From the NCBI RefSeq assembly GCF_988243305.1, contig NZ_OZ547136.1: a stretch of 64,000 nucleotides of DNA; one strand, written 5' to 3'. Under the pieces are notes generated by a model. That model saw nothing but the letters and a program-made list of their open reading frames with translations. It made no database searches and was not told where the DNA came from. Below are positions 39,880 through 51,855 of this stretch, piece after piece (position 1 is the stretch's first letter; each line of letters starts with the position of its first letter). Position numbers and translations under genes: made by a program.

Positions 39880-41286
39880 TTAATCCAGCCATTCAGTATG
39901 GAACACACCTTCTTTATCAATGCGCTTATAAGTATGCGCACCGAAATAGTCACGCTGTGCCTGGATCAGGTTCGCAGGCAGAACAGCGGCACGGTAGCTA
40001 TCGTAATAGGCAACCGCAGCAGCGAAGGTCGGAACCGGGATACCGTTCTGTACTGCATAAGCAACGACATCACGCAGCGCCTGCTGGTAGTCATCGGCAA
40101 TTTGCTTGAAGTACGGAGCCAGCAGCAGGTTAGCGATCTGCGGATTTTCGGCATAAGCATCGGTGATTTTCTGCAAGAACTGCGCACGAATGATGCAACC
40201 AGCACGGAAAATCTTCGCGATTTCGCCGTAGTTCAGATCCCAGTTGTACTCTTCAGACGCTGCGCGCAGCTGAGAGAAACCCTGAGCGTAAGAAACGATT
40301 TTGCCCAGATACAGAGCACGACGAACTTTTTCGATGAACTCACCTTTGTCGCCAGCTGGCTGCGCTTGCGGGCCAGAGAGAACTTTAGATGCGGCAACAC
40401 GCTGCTCTTTCAGAGAAGAGATATAACGTGCAAACACAGACTCGGTAATCAGCGACAGCGGTTCTCCGAGATCAAGCGCGCTCTGGCTGGTCCATTTACC
40501 GGTACCTTTGTTAGCCGCTTCATCCAGGATCACATCAACCAGGTAGTTACCGTCTTCATCTTTTTTGGTGAAGATGTCTTTGGTGATGTCGATCAGGTAA
40601 CTACTCAGTTCACCGTTATTCCACTCGGTAAAGGTCTGTGCCAGTTCTTCGTTAGAGAGATTCAGGCCGCCTTTCAGGAGAGAATAGGCTTCAGCAATCA
40701 GTTGCATATCACCGTATTCAATACCGTTGTGAACCATCTTCACATAGTGACCCGCGCCATCAGCACCAATATAGGTAACGCACGGTTCGCCATCTTCAGC
40801 AACGGCGGCGATTTTGGTCAGGATCGGAGCAACCAGTTCATAGGCTTCTTTCTGCCCACCAGGCATGATGGAAGGCCCTTTCAGCGCCCCCTCTTCACCG
40901 CCGGAAACACCGGTACCGATGAAGTTAAAACCTTCGGCAGAAAGCTCACGGTTACGACGAATGGTGTCCTGGAAGAAGGTGTTACCACCATCAATGATGA
41001 TGTCACCTTTATCGAGGTATGGCTTGAGAGAATCAATAGCAGCATCCGTGCCTGCACCTGCTTTCACCATTAACAGGATGCGACGAGGCGTTTCCAGAGA
41101 TTCAACGAACTCTTTCACCGTATAGTAAGGAACCAGTTTCTTGCCTGGATTTTCGGCAATCACTTCTTCCGTCTTCTCACGGGAGCGGTTGAAAATAGAG
41201 ACGGTATAACCACGGCTTTCGATGTTGAGCGCAAGGTTGCGCCCCATCACTGCCATACCGACGACGCCGATCTGTTGCTTTGACAT
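39880..41286 (-). CDS. gnd: 6-phosphogluconate dehydrogenase (decarboxylating)
   Basis: 468-aa product [27 protein letters not shown]... Confidence 0.97.
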   Translation of the reverse strand: MSKQQIGVVGMAVMGRNLALNIESRGYTVSIFNRSREKTEEVIAENPGKKLVPYYTVKEFVESLETPRRILLMVKAGAGTDAAIDSLKPYLDKGDIIIDGGNTFFQDTIRRNRELSAEGFNFIGTGVSGGEEGALKGPSIMPGGQKEAYELVAPILTKIAAVAEDGEPCVTYIGADGAGHYVKMVHNGIEYGDMQLIAEAYSLLKGGLNLSNEELAQTFTEWNNGELSSYLIDITKDIFTKKDEDGNYLVDVILDEAANKGTGKWTSQSALDLGEPLSLITESVFARYISSLKEQRVAASKVLSGPQAQPAGDKGEFIEKVRRALYLGKIVSYAQGFSQLRAASEEYNWDLNYGEIAKIFRAGCIIRAQFLQKITDAYAENPQIANLLLAPYFKQIADDYQQALRDVVAYAVQNGIPVPTFAAAVAYYDSYRAAVLPANLIQAQRDYFGAHTYKRIDKEGVFHTEWLD

Positions 41287-41448
41287 TGTTTACTCCTGTC
41301 AGGGGTGGTCACCGCCGAGTGTGCGGCTTAAATGTGGTATAGATGTTAACTCACTCATAGAGATGGTGAATAGCATTACCTTTGCGATACCACACTGAAT
41401 ATCTCATCTTTTCCGTCTTTTAAAACCTATTTATATGAATTTACTCAA

Positions 41449-42819
41449 TTACTTATTCAGTAACTCAAGGATAAGTTTTGTCTTTTCTTCCATCAGCGGC
41501 ACATCACCGCGCGATTCCACATTCAGGCGCACCACCGGTTCGGTGTTGGAGGAGCGCAGGTTAAAGCGCCAGTCGGCAAAGGTCATGCTGATGCCATCGG
41601 TACGATCCACCGCCAGCGCCTCGCGGCTAAAGTGCTGTTCGACGCGGTTAATCGCCTCAACGGGTTGCGCCAGTTTGCTGTTGATCTCACCGCTTGCCGG
41701 AAACGCTGCCATCCGGTCGCGCACCAGTTCGCCCAGCGTTTTTCCTTTCAGGCACACCAGTTCGGCTACCAGCAGCCACGGGATCATGCCGCTGTCGCAG
41801 TAAGCGAAATCACGGAAGTAATGGTGAGCGCTCATTTCGCCACCATAGATGGCGTCTTCCTTGCGCATACGTTCTTTAATAAAGGCGTGTCCGGTTTTCG
41901 ACATCACCGGAGTGCCGCCCGCGGCGGTCACCACATCAACGGTATTCCAGGAGAGACGTGGATCGTGGATGATCTTCGCGCCGGGATTTTTTTCGAGGAA
42001 CGCTTCTGCCAGCAGGCCGACAATGTAATAGCCCTCGATAAACTGCCCTTTTTCGTCAAACAGGAAGCAGCGGTCAAAATCGCCATCAAAGGCAATGCCC
42101 ATATCCGCTCCGTGTTTGATGACCGCATTGCGGGTGTCGTCGCGACATTCCGGCAGCAGCGGATTAGGAATACCGTTGGGGAAATTGCCGTCCGGCGTGT
42201 TGTGTACTTTGATTAATTCCACCGGTGCGCCGAGGGCTTTAAATCGGGCTTCAATGGCGTCCACCACCGGACCCGCCGCGCCGTTCCCGGAGTTAATCAC
42301 CAGCTTGAGCGACGTGAGGTTTTTGACGTTGATATAACCGAACAGGTGCTCAACGTAAGCGTCACGCAGATTGATTTGTTGATAGCGACCGCGTTTGGTT
42401 TCATCGACGGGAGGAAAGTCGTTGGCTTCTGCCAGACGCTGGACATCGCGTAGTCCGGTATCACCGCTGATCGGGCGAGCCCCCTCGCGAACCAGCTTCA
42501 TGCCGTTATAATCCATCGGATTATGGCTGGCGGTGACTTCAATGCCGCCATCCACGCCGAGATGGAACGTGGCGAAATAGATTTCTTCGGTGCCGGACAT
42601 GCCAATATCCAGCACATCGACGCCCGCATCCTGTAAACCTTTCGCCAGCGCCAGTTTTAAGGTTTCGCTGGTGAGGCGGGCATCACCGCCTAACACAATG
42701 GTTTTCGGTTTGAGAAATTCGCCATAGGCGCGACCAATGCGCCACGCAATATCTTCATTCAGTTCTTCGCCTAATTTCCCGCGAATATCATAGGCTTTAA
42801 AGCAGGTTAATTTTTTCAT
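41449..42819 (-). CDS. manB: phosphomannomutase (O-antigen cluster copy)
   Basis: 456-aa product [33 protein letters not shown]...; phosphohexomutase TASHNP active-site motif. Confidence 0.93.
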   Translation of the reverse strand: MKKLTCFKAYDIRGKLGEELNEDIAWRIGRAYGEFLKPKTIVLGGDARLTSETLKLALAKGLQDAGVDVLDIGMSGTEEIYFATFHLGVDGGIEVTASHNPMDYNGMKLVREGARPISGDTGLRDVQRLAEANDFPPVDETKRGRYQQINLRDAYVEHLFGYINVKNLTSLKLVINSGNGAAGPVVDAIEARFKALGAPVELIKVHNTPDGNFPNGIPNPLLPECRDDTRNAVIKHGADMGIAFDGDFDRCFLFDEKGQFIEGYYIVGLLAEAFLEKNPGAKIIHDPRLSWNTVDVVTAAGGTPVMSKTGHAFIKERMRKEDAIYGGEMSAHHYFRDFAYCDSGMIPWLLVAELVCLKGKTLGELVRDRMAAFPASGEINSKLAQPVEAINRVEQHFSREALAVDRTDGISMTFADWRFNLRSSNTEPVVRLNVESRGDVPLMEEKTKLILELLNK

Positions 42820-42843
42820 ATAAAAACCTTACCAATAATAAAA

Positions 42844-43602
42844 TTATTTATGCGCAAATAATTGCATTAGTTTTGATATTTTTCTGATAATGATAGCAAT
42901 TTTCCAATTTACATTATGGTTTTTCATAACTTCTACAATTTCCTTTGTACTTGATATCGCGTTATCAATTCTGGTACTTTCCCCACCCAATCTCATCTTT
43001 ACAAATACTTGAGGAACATAAATAACTTTAATATCATCACGTTTCAAAATCCTGACCATCTGATCATAGTCTGCAGCAATCCTATAGGATAAATCAAAAT
43101 ATCCATCGTCTTTATATAATTCCCTCCTCATATAGAAAGATGGATGCGGTGGTGCCCAGCCTAATGATAGCTTAGAACGTTTAAAAGGACCACTACGCCA
43201 GTATCGTTTGATTATATCAATTTGGTTTTTTTCGAAAAAAACCAAATCACCGTATACAACATCCGCTTTTGTCTCATGGAAACGGCTTACAATAGTTTCA
43301 ATAATATCAGGTCTTGCTAAAAGGTCATCAGAATGAACGAATCCAATAATATCTCCCGTAGATAAATTTATACCTTTATTTAAAGCATCATAGATACCGT
43401 TATCGCTTTCTGATAGACATTTGGTTACTCTTGTTGATACTTCGTTAATTAGTTTTAACGTATTATCTGTAGAACCACCATCAATAATTATATACTCTAT
43501 ATCTTTATAGGTTTGCAACTCTATTGACTCTAAAGTATCCCTTAAAGTCTTTTCACTATTATAAGTCACTGTAATAATACTGACTTTCATTTTAACATCC
43601 AA
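42844..43602 (-). CDS. family 2 glycosyltransferase (O-antigen)
   Basis: N-terminal VSIITVTYNSEKTL and DGGSTD motifs typical of GT2; 252 aa; low-GC sequence. Confidence 0.8.
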   Translation of the reverse strand: MDVKMKVSIITVTYNSEKTLRDTLESIELQTYKDIEYIIIDGGSTDNTLKLINEVSTRVTKCLSESDNGIYDALNKGINLSTGDIIGFVHSDDLLARPDIIETIVSRFHETKADVVYGDLVFFEKNQIDIIKRYWRSGPFKRSKLSLGWAPPHPSFYMRRELYKDDGYFDLSYRIAADYDQMVRILKRDDIKVIYVPQVFVKMRLGGESTRIDNAISSTKEIVEVMKNHNVNWKIAIIIRKISKLMQLFAHK

Positions 43603-43673
43603 TAATAATCATAATTAAATAACGTCAGTACCGCATTACGAATAATAATGTTGCATTAGTATCCAGCATCATT

Positions 43674-45074
43674 TTAGATTCTAACAACATCATCTTCATC
43701 CAAGTAAACACCTGAACGTACCTCAATAATCTCCAAAGGGATCTTTCCTGGATTCTCAATAAAATGAGGTACACCTATTGGTATATAAGTTGATTCATTT
43801 TCAGAAACAAGAAATATTTCATCTTCATAATGGACTTTTGCTGTTCCAGAAACAACAATCCAATGCTCAGTACGATGGTAATGAATCTGTTTAGCAGTTT
43901 TATGTCCAGGATGAATAACGACATGTTTAACCTCAAATCGAGATCCTTCCGCTATAGAGTCATGACTGCCCCATGGCCTAAATATTTCACGATGCTGCAG
44001 ATATTCCGTACGGTTATTAACTTTAAGTTTTTCTACAATATTTTTTACCTGTTGAACTTTATCTTTATGCGCAACGAGAATAGCATCTTTAGTTTCAACA
44101 ACTACTAAATCTTTAACTCCTACTACACCAATTAATCTATGTTGTGAGTAAAGATAACTGTCAGAAGAATCATGAATTAATACATCTCCTCTAATTGCAT
44201 TTCCACTTTTATCTTTTCTGCTAATTTCCCATAATGCAGACCAAGAACCAACATCGCTCCAGTGGGCATTTAATGGAACTACCACAGCCTCTGTTGTTTT
44301 CTCCATAACAGCGTAATCAATGGATTCTTCAGGGCAACAACTAAATGAGTCATTATCTATACGGATAAAATCAAGATCTTGTGTAGAGGACTTCAATGCT
44401 TGTTGGCATATTTTTAGTATGTCTGGTCTAAATTTATTCAACTCATCAATAAACACAGAAGCCCTAAACATGAATATTCCACTATTCCAAAGATAATCTC
44501 CATCTTCAAGATATTTTTTGGCCACATCTAGCTCAGGCTTTTCAACAAAAGCAGAAACTTTAAAACCATATTCATTTAAATTTTCTCCGGTTTTTATATA
44601 GCCATATCCAGTTTCGGGTTTGGTTGGCACAATACCAAAAGTTACCAGCTTACCTTCCTCTGCAAATTCTTTTGCAGCCAATATTGACGATATAAAGCGC
44701 TTTTGGTCTTGTATTTCATGATCGGCTGCTAGTACAAGCAGTATTGGATCCTCACCTGATGAAATCGCTTTAAGAGCAGCAAGCGCAACTGCGGGGGCAG
44801 TATTACGACCTACCGGCTCTAGTAAAATGCCACTATTCGCTAAATTTACATTACGCATCTGTTCTGCAACGATAAAACGATGAACTTCATTACAAATAAC
44901 CAGAGCAGGACGATGTTCAACCCCTTCAAGCCTTCTTAAGGTCTCTTGTAGCATAGTCAAACGACTAGTTAACGACAGGAATTGCTTCGGATATAGTGTT
45001 CGAGAAAGTGGCCACAATCTAGTTCCAGAACCACCGGCCATTACAACAGGAAGTAGCATATAAATAACCTTCAC
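43674..45074 (-). CDS. manC: mannose-1-phosphate guanylyltransferase
   Basis: N-terminal nucleotidyltransferase domain (LPVVMAGGSGTRLWPLSR) and C-terminal cupin domain; start overlaps the gmm stop (ATGA). Confidence 0.93.
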   Translation of the reverse strand: MKVIYMLLPVVMAGGSGTRLWPLSRTLYPKQFLSLTSRLTMLQETLRRLEGVEHRPALVICNEVHRFIVAEQMRNVNLANSGILLEPVGRNTAPAVALAALKAISSGEDPILLVLAADHEIQDQKRFISSILAAKEFAEEGKLVTFGIVPTKPETGYGYIKTGENLNEYGFKVSAFVEKPELDVAKKYLEDGDYLWNSGIFMFRASVFIDELNKFRPDILKICQQALKSSTQDLDFIRIDNDSFSCCPEESIDYAVMEKTTEAVVVPLNAHWSDVGSWSALWEISRKDKSGNAIRGDVLIHDSSDSYLYSQHRLIGVVGVKDLVVVETKDAILVAHKDKVQQVKNIVEKLKVNNRTEYLQHREIFRPWGSHDSIAEGSRFEVKHVVIHPGHKTAKQIHYHRTEHWIVVSGTAKVHYEDEIFLVSENESTYIPIGVPHFIENPGKIPLEIIEVRSGVYLDEDDVVRI

Positions 45075-45526
45075 TTAAAATAATTTTTTGTGTACTGATG
45101 AACTGAGGAATTAGCTAACAATTCGGCTATATCGAACCAATTGTAAGTACTATGTTGTAGTGTTGGATAGTTAATTTGATGTGGCATCAAACTAATCTCA
45201 TATCCGTGTACGACATAATGAGTTGAAAAACAAGTCCCAGAAAAATTGTCGCTGTAGAAATGTTCATAAATCCCAAGAAATTTTGCTTCATTAATGCTAA
45301 TTTGAACACCCAATTCTTCAAAAGTAACTCTTTTGAATGCGTTCTCGAAAGACTCATCTTTAAGAATCCGTCCCCCCGGCACAAACCAATAATTTTGTGC
45401 TGGACGATTAAGGCGCTGACCAAGCAGCGCCTTACCATCTTCGTTTCTTATAATAAGGTCTATCGAGATTAGTGGAGTATGTTCAACTATTGATTTAAAT
45501 AACTCTGTTTCTAATCTCTTGTTCAA
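45071..45526 (-). CDS. gmm: GDP-mannose mannosyl hydrolase (NUDIX)
   Basis: NUDIX box GGRILKDESFENAFKRVTFEELG; 151 aa. Confidence 0.88.
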   Translation of the reverse strand: MNKRLETELFKSIVEHTPLISIDLIIRNEDGKALLGQRLNRPAQNYWFVPGGRILKDESFENAFKRVTFEELGVQISINEAKFLGIYEHFYSDNFSGTCFSTHYVVHGYEISLMPHQINYPTLQHSTYNWFDIAELLANSSVHQYTKNYFK

Positions 45527-45528
45527 TA

Positions 45529-46494
45529 TTAACTCCTAAATGAGTCAAGATTATTTATAAACCATTTATATGTTAATTCTAGTCCTTGTTTTAAATTATA
45601 ACGATATTTCCAGCCCAAATTCTCAAGGCGTGTAACATCCATAAGTTTACGAGGCGAACCATCTGGTTTTGTTATATCAAAAACAATTTTTCCATCATAG
45701 CCAACAACTAAAGCCATTGTTTCTGCCATTTCACGTATGGAACAATCAACACCAGTACCTACGTTAATATGAGATAACATTGGTTGAGTATTTTTTTTAT
45801 AAATTTCATCATCAAGCTCCATCACATATACTGATGCAGCTGCCATATCATCAACATATAAAAACTCGCGTTTTGGAGTTCCCGTTCCCCAGACAACCAC
45901 TTCATTTAAACCAAGTTCCTTTGCTTCATGAAAACGCCGCATAAGCGCTGGAATTACATGTGAGTTATTGGGATGAAAATTATCATTCATACCATATAAG
46001 TTAGTAGGCATTACACTGCGATAATCACATCCATATTGGCGATTATAAGATTCACATAGCTTTATACCTGCTATTTTGGAAATAGCATAAGGCTCATTAG
46101 TAGGCTCAAGAGTTCCCGTCAAAAGTGCAGATTCTTTCATTGGCTGTTCTGCAAACTTTGGATAGATACAACTTGACCCTAAGAATAATAGTTTCTTTAT
46201 GCCCGCTTTATAAGATGAGTGAATAATATTGCTTTCAATGAGAAGGTTCTGATAAATAAATTCAGCTGGAAAAGTGTTATTAGCATGAATTCCTCCTACT
46301 TTTGCTGCTGCAAGGTAAACCTGATCTATTCTCTCTTGCTCAAAAAAACATTCAACATCCTTTTGAACTGTCAAATCGAGTTCTTTGTGAGTTTTGACAA
46401 TTAACTCAACATCATTACGTGCTAATAATTGACGACAAATAGCAGAACCAACCATCCCACGATGTCCAGCCACAAAAATTCGCTTCTTGGTCAT
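45529..46494 (-). CDS. fcl: GDP-L-fucose synthase
   Basis: 321-aa product [23 protein letters not shown]... Confidence 0.93.
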   Translation of the reverse strand: MTKKRIFVAGHRGMVGSAICRQLLARNDVELIVKTHKELDLTVQKDVECFFEQERIDQVYLAAAKVGGIHANNTFPAEFIYQNLLIESNIIHSSYKAGIKKLLFLGSSCIYPKFAEQPMKESALLTGTLEPTNEPYAISKIAGIKLCESYNRQYGCDYRSVMPTNLYGMNDNFHPNNSHVIPALMRRFHEAKELGLNEVVVWGTGTPKREFLYVDDMAAASVYVMELDDEIYKKNTQPMLSHINVGTGVDCSIREMAETMALVVGYDGKIVFDITKPDGSPRKLMDVTRLENLGWKYRYNLKQGLELTYKWFINNLDSFRS

Positions 46495-46497
46495 ACT

Positions 46498-47619
46498 TTA
46501 ACGCTCCAAAGAGACTGCCACGTCAAAACCATGGCTTTTAAGAAGTGCATGCTGTTTAGCTTTTTCTAAATCACTAGCCACCATTTCTGCACACATTTCT
46601 TCAACTGTAATCTCTGGCTCCCAACCCAAGACATTTTTTGCTTTTGTTGGATCACCAAGAAGAGTTTCAACTTCTGCTGGTCGAAAATAACGAGGGTCAA
46701 CGCGAACAATAACATCACCAATATTAACACCAACGGCGCAATCTGATGTTTTATTTACAACCATTGCAACCTCATCAACACCAGTACCGGAAAACTCAAG
46801 TTCAAGTCCAACTTCTTTAGCAGACATACGGACAAATTCACGTACAGATATTTGTTTGCCAGTGGCAATAACAAAGTCTTCTGGCTGGTCTTGTTGAAGC
46901 ATCATCCATTGCATACGAACATAATCTTTCGCATGCCCCCAATCACGTAAAGAATCCATGTTGCCAAGATATAAGCATTTTTCTATTCCCTGCGAAATAT
47001 TAGCTATAGCACGTGTGATTTTACGTGTTACAAACGTTTCCCCACGACGTGGGGATTCATGATTGAACAAAATACCGTTGCATGCATACATTCCATAAGA
47101 CTCACGATAGTTTACAGTGATCCAATATGCATACAGTTTAGCTACGGCATAAGGTGAACGAGGATAGAACGGCGTTGCCTCTTTTTGTGGAACTTCCTGA
47201 ACTAATCCATACAATTCAGAGGTTGACGCCTGATAAAATCGGGTTTTTTTTTCTAATCCCAAAAAACGAATAGCTTCCAATAATCGTAAAGTACCTATAG
47301 CATCAACATCAGCTGTATATTCTGGGGATTCGAAGGAAACAGCTACGTGACTCATTGCTCCGAGGTTGTAAACTTCATCAGGTTGAACTTCAGATAATAT
47401 ACGAGTCAAATTAGAAGTATCTGTTAAGTCACCATAATGAAGGTGTAATTTTAAATTAATATTATGGGGATCTTGGTATATATGGTCAATACGTCCAGTA
47501 TTAAAAATAGAAGAACGTCGTTTTATTCCATGAACCTCGTAACCTTTATTTAGTAGAAACTCTGCCAAATATGAACCATCTTGACCAGTAATGCCAGTAA
47601 TTAATGCTTTCTTTGTCAT
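46498..47619 (-). CDS. gmd: GDP-mannose 4,6-dehydratase
   Basis: 373-aa product [37 protein letters not shown]... Confidence 0.95.
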   Translation of the reverse strand: MTKKALITGITGQDGSYLAEFLLNKGYEVHGIKRRSSIFNTGRIDHIYQDPHNINLKLHLHYGDLTDTSNLTRILSEVQPDEVYNLGAMSHVAVSFESPEYTADVDAIGTLRLLEAIRFLGLEKKTRFYQASTSELYGLVQEVPQKEATPFYPRSPYAVAKLYAYWITVNYRESYGMYACNGILFNHESPRRGETFVTRKITRAIANISQGIEKCLYLGNMDSLRDWGHAKDYVRMQWMMLQQDQPEDFVIATGKQISVREFVRMSAKEVGLELEFSGTGVDEVAMVVNKTSDCAVGVNIGDVIVRVDPRYFRPAEVETLLGDPTKAKNVLGWEPEITVEEMCAEMVASDLEKAKQHALLKSHGFDVAVSLER

Positions 47620-47629
47620 AAAATTATTC

Positions 47630-48664
47630 CTACAGTAGTTTCTTGTAAATATCGATAGTTTTGTCAGTACATTTTTTCCAAGAAAAACGTTGTGCTTGAG
47701 ATAAACCTTTCTTAATAATTTGATTTCGATTTCTATTTATAAATGATATACCATCAATAAGGTTGCTTATACTTAACTCATCCATCAAATAACCGGCGTC
47801 ACCTGCAACCTCTGGTATTGAGGAGTGATTATACGCAATGAATGGGCATCCTGCCCTCATTGCTTCTAAAAGAGGAATACCAAATCCTTCATAACTTGAC
47901 GGATAAATAAGAGAATGAGCTTGATTAAATTTTAGATTCAACTCTTGCTCAGTTAAATATGGATAATGAATATATCGATATGGTATATATTTATCAAGTA
48001 AAAATTTCTCAGCCTTTCCCAAAGGGCCTCCACCTACAATATATAGTTTGAACCCCTCTAATTTGTTTATTGCTTCAACTGCAAGTTGAAAGTTTTTATA
48101 TGCTTTTCTCGAACCAATAAAAAGCATGAAATTATCATCATCGTTATAATTAACGTTTTTTAATTCATAAAAATTATCAGACACCCCATTGTGAATGATT
48201 TCGATTTTACTTTCAGGTACTGGACAATACCTCAACAAATCATTGGCAGTATTTTCTGAAATGCAAATTATTTTATCACTGTTTTTTATAGCATTGTACT
48301 TCTGATGACAATGAACGTATTTACGTAAACCTGACATATATTTTTCATATGTAAAGTCATGTACTGTTGTTATGTTTTTATTTTTTTTGCCCTTACTAAA
48401 TCTATAATAACTAGAATGTAATAGAGAGTTTTCAGGAATATCAACAGCTCGATACCTTTCAAGAAAGCGAGGATATAGATTAATATAACGTCCAGGTTGT
48501 CGCACATCTTCACTTATAAATTGACAGCCTGTATTCTCATAGTTTAATATCGTATATTCAATATTTGTGGCTTTTATCGCTTTTATTATTTGATTATAAT
48601 AAACAGAAATGCCACCGTATGACTGGAGATTATATATAATACCATCCAAATATAACATAGGCAC
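47630..48664 (-). CDS. GT-B fold glycosyltransferase (GT1/GT4-like; O-antigen)
   Basis: C-terminal EX7E-type motif region [23 protein letters not shown]; 344 aa. Confidence 0.8.
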   Translation of the reverse strand: MPMLYLDGIIYNLQSYGGISVYYNQIIKAIKATNIEYTILNYENTGCQFISEDVRQPGRYINLYPRFLERYRAVDIPENSLLHSSYYRFSKGKKNKNITTVHDFTYEKYMSGLRKYVHCHQKYNAIKNSDKIICISENTANDLLRYCPVPESKIEIIHNGVSDNFYELKNVNYNDDDNFMLFIGSRKAYKNFQLAVEAINKLEGFKLYIVGGGPLGKAEKFLLDKYIPYRYIHYPYLTEQELNLKFNQAHSLIYPSSYEGFGIPLLEAMRAGCPFIAYNHSSIPEVAGDAGYLMDELSISNLIDGISFINRNRNQIIKKGLSQAQRFSWKKCTDKTIDIYKKLL

Positions 48665-48673
48665 CTTTTATAT

Positions 48674-49687
48674 TTAATTGTATCCATCAGGATTTAGCGT
48701 ATGCCATTTCCACGCAGAAGAAAGCATTTCGGTCAAATCTCGCCTAGCCTTCCAGTCCAGTTCTTTTTCAGCTTTGGAAACATCCGCCCAACATTCTGCA
48801 ACATCGCCGCTTCGGTTAGGGCCAAAACTATAATTAATATTTTTCCCAATAATTGATTGAAATGTTTTTATTACTTCTAATACAGAATATCCTCTACCCG
48901 TACCTAAGTTATATATTTTATAATTTCCTCCTTTGCCAAACATTTTAAATGCTGAAATATGCCCCTCAGCTAAATCATTTACATGAATATAATCTCTGAT
49001 ACCAGTCCCATCAGGCGTTGGATAGTCATGACCATAAATAGTAAGCGCAGGTAATTTACCTAAAGCAACATTCATCATATATGGAACTAAGTTAGCAGGA
49101 GTACCTCTGGGATTTTCACCTATTAACCCAGACTCATGCGCCCCCACTGGATTAAAATATCGCAAAATAATCACATCTAATTTAGGGTTTGCCAGAGAAG
49201 CATCTTTTAATATAACCTCGGAGTAATATTTACTGGTCCCGTATGGATTCGTTGTTTCACCTATACGACATTTTTCATTGATAGGTATCGTTTCTGGAAG
49301 ACCGTACACCGTAGCAGATGAGCTAAAGATAATTTTATTTACATGAAAGATCTTCATTAACTCTAACAAATTTAAAAGCCCAACAATATTATTCATATAA
49401 TAACGTATAGGACTTTGAACTGATTCTGAGACAGACTTAAGGCCTGCAAAATGTAATACTTTAGAGAATGTGTGATTCGTGAATATAGTCTTTAATTCTT
49501 TTTTGTCCAATAAATCTACCTTATATGCTCTGATTTTCTTACCACTAAGCTTTGAAATGACTTTGATGATATCTTCTGTAGAATTAGAAAAATTATCTAT
49601 GATGACAACGTCTTCATTCTGCTCCAATAATGACAGAACAGTATGGGACCCAATATATCCAGCTCCACCCGTAACTAATATTGTCAT
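48674..49687 (-). CDS. UDP-hexose 4-epimerase (GalE family)
   Basis: N-terminal ILVTGGAGYIGSH Rossmann motif and a YGTSK catalytic motif; 337 aa; low GC, so cluster-specific rather than housekeeping galE. Confidence 0.82.
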   Translation of the reverse strand: MTILVTGGAGYIGSHTVLSLLEQNEDVVIIDNFSNSTEDIIKVISKLSGKKIRAYKVDLLDKKELKTIFTNHTFSKVLHFAGLKSVSESVQSPIRYYMNNIVGLLNLLELMKIFHVNKIIFSSSATVYGLPETIPINEKCRIGETTNPYGTSKYYSEVILKDASLANPKLDVIILRYFNPVGAHESGLIGENPRGTPANLVPYMMNVALGKLPALTIYGHDYPTPDGTGIRDYIHVNDLAEGHISAFKMFGKGGNYKIYNLGTGRGYSVLEVIKTFQSIIGKNINYSFGPNRSGDVAECWADVSKAEKELDWKARRDLTEMLSSAWKWHTLNPDGYN

Positions 49688-49696
49688 AAAAACACC

Positions 49697-51019
49697 TTAT
49701 TTGAATTTAAAAAAAACTATTTGCATCGATAATCTCAAGCATATGTATGCCATAAAGAACATACCTAATTCAAATATCATAGAAGAAAACTCTGAGCGTT
49801 GGAAATTGATAGATTGGGAAAGAAAAACAAGATAAAGAAAATAGTTGCTCCCAATTAACCTTTCCATTATATATGAATAACCACATAAAATGGCAGGAAA
49901 TATAATTACACCATAATAATTATAATTAATAAAAGCTTCTGTAAAAGGAGTAAATGCATATCCCATCATAAACTCTTGACTTGGCAAATAAACTTCCTTT
50001 GCAAATTGAATAGCTAATGTGTCTGGCTTTAATCCCATAAATAATTCTTTTGGTATAAAGTTTACAATGAACTGAAGATAGGATATACCAAAAAATTGAG
50101 TCTGATAATGTATCGAAGAATAATATTGAAGTGTAGATATAGGATAAATAAATTCACCCAAAGCATTCAATAATCTTATGCTTGATTCGACATTATAATC
50201 TGAACGATATATCCCAAAAAGTATAATCGTTGATACAAATAGAATACTGAACAACGCTACTTTTAATGGTATCTTAAATTTAGCTTTATAAAGTGATAGC
50301 AATACAGCCATAATAAAAGATAAAGCAATTTCTCGTCTTGAACCTACCAGCATTAAAGTATAAAAATATAAAAGCACAGGTATGCTGTATATTACGAAAC
50401 TATAATTTGTGAGACTTTTTTTTACTATCTTTAAATCAAGTAAAATCCAAAAATAAGCAATAACCACATATTTCAGATACCATCCACTTTGACTTACCGA
50501 ATTAATTAACTCTAGGCGAGTACTTTCGCCCAAAGCATTCAGAGAAAGATTTCTTGATTGATATAGAAAAAATAATGATATTAACCATGCTATGCATGAT
50601 GGAATAAATAGATTATAGTTATTGTCATAGTTATATTGTTTGTTTAAAAGAAATATATTGATACCGTGAGGCCTAATCAAACTAATCGATGCAACTATAC
50701 ACCAAACAGCAACACAATATAAGAATGAAGTGTTGATTATATTATTTTCAACATTAAATACATTAACACCAAAAAAATAATACAACAAAAAAGACACAAA
50801 AAAATAAAAAGGCGATAATATTATAAATATTCCATCAAACCATACCCACATTCGATTATATACAAAAAAAAGAATTGCAATTGTAAATATTACAGATAAA
50901 AACCAAATTAGGATAGCATCAATTTCAACTTTGACAGAAGTGCTCAATACAGCAATCATTATCAACCCAATAAAGCCATAAAATTGAGCCAATACCAGTT
51001 TGTATTGTTTATAAATCAT
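49697..51019 (-). CDS. wzy: O-antigen polymerase
   Basis: 440-aa highly hydrophobic polytopic protein with very low GC, positioned among the glycosyltransferases. Confidence 0.75.
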   Translation of the reverse strand: MIYKQYKLVLAQFYGFIGLIMIAVLSTSVKVEIDAILIWFLSVIFTIAILFFVYNRMWVWFDGIFIILSPFYFFVSFLLYYFFGVNVFNVENNIINTSFLYCVAVWCIVASISLIRPHGINIFLLNKQYNYDNNYNLFIPSCIAWLISLFFLYQSRNLSLNALGESTRLELINSVSQSGWYLKYVVIAYFWILLDLKIVKKSLTNYSFVIYSIPVLLYFYTLMLVGSRREIALSFIMAVLLSLYKAKFKIPLKVALFSILFVSTIILFGIYRSDYNVESSIRLLNALGEFIYPISTLQYYSSIHYQTQFFGISYLQFIVNFIPKELFMGLKPDTLAIQFAKEVYLPSQEFMMGYAFTPFTEAFINYNYYGVIIFPAILCGYSYIMERLIGSNYFLYLVFLSQSINFQRSEFSSMIFELGMFFMAYICLRLSMQIVFFKFK

Positions 51020-51854
51020 ATTTTAACAATCCCGTCCAGAAACCGATTAATCTGTACATATATAATTTTTTTTGTTTTTTTAAAACGATACCAAAAAATG
51101 ATTTTACTGTGATCCTGAAAATTTCCAATAGTAATAAATAACGAGATTTCACTAAATACTTCTTTATCACGACACCATATCCAACTGCATATTTTCTGTA
51201 TTTTTCTGGTATCCCTTCACAATATAAATCATTATCGTGATAAACTCCAAATATAGGTTGAAAACATACTCTAAACCCAAGAGATTTCAGCCGAAAAAAT
51301 AACTCCGTTTCTTCGGATCCACCGAATAAAGTACCAACACCTAACCTTTCATCAAAATATATATTATCGAGTTTATGAGTAAAAATAAAAGTACCCACAC
51401 TTAGTGACGATTTAATTATTTGATTATAACCCATTTCCTTTTTAGTTTTAGGATAAACTCTATTGGCATAAGATTTCATTGTTTGAAAATCTAATACAGG
51501 AACTGAAAGAACGGTTTCTTTTTTGATATTTGATTGAATCACCTTCTCAAAAAAATCAGGAGCATAAAAAGCATCATCATCACAGAACCCAATAACATTA
51601 CCACTGCATAGTTTAAGCCCTTGATTACGAGCAGTTGAAAGTGGTACTTTATTTGATTTAACCAACTTGTATTTTATATTTTTTGCGTGTTTTAAAAATA
51701 ATTGCTCAATTATGATATCATCAGTCTGATCAATAAATATAATTTCTAGGTTTTTGTACGTACTGCTAGCTATGCTATTTAGCAGTCGTTCAATTTCTTT
51801 ATCCCTTCCACCTTGAGTTGTGCCTATCAAACTAATTTTATAAAAGTTATTCAT
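51009..51854 (-). CDS. family 2 glycosyltransferase (O-antigen)
   Basis: GT2-like N-terminal domain with a DDD motif (GFCDDDAFY); 281 aa. Confidence 0.75.
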   Translation of the reverse strand: MNNFYKISLIGTTQGGRDKEIERLLNSIASSTYKNLEIIFIDQTDDIIIEQLFLKHAKNIKYKLVKSNKVPLSTARNQGLKLCSGNVIGFCDDDAFYAPDFFEKVIQSNIKKETVLSVPVLDFQTMKSYANRVYPKTKKEMGYNQIIKSSLSVGTFIFTHKLDNIYFDERLGVGTLFGGSEETELFFRLKSLGFRVCFQPIFGVYHDNDLYCEGIPEKYRKYAVGYGVVIKKYLVKSRYLLLLEIFRITVKSFFGIVLKKQKKLYMYRLIGFWTGLLKYDL

Positions 51855-51855
51855 A

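Noticed and set aside
39898-41073. 391-aa plus-strand ORF
   Set aside because: Antisense to gnd, whose identity is unambiguous; a chance long frame
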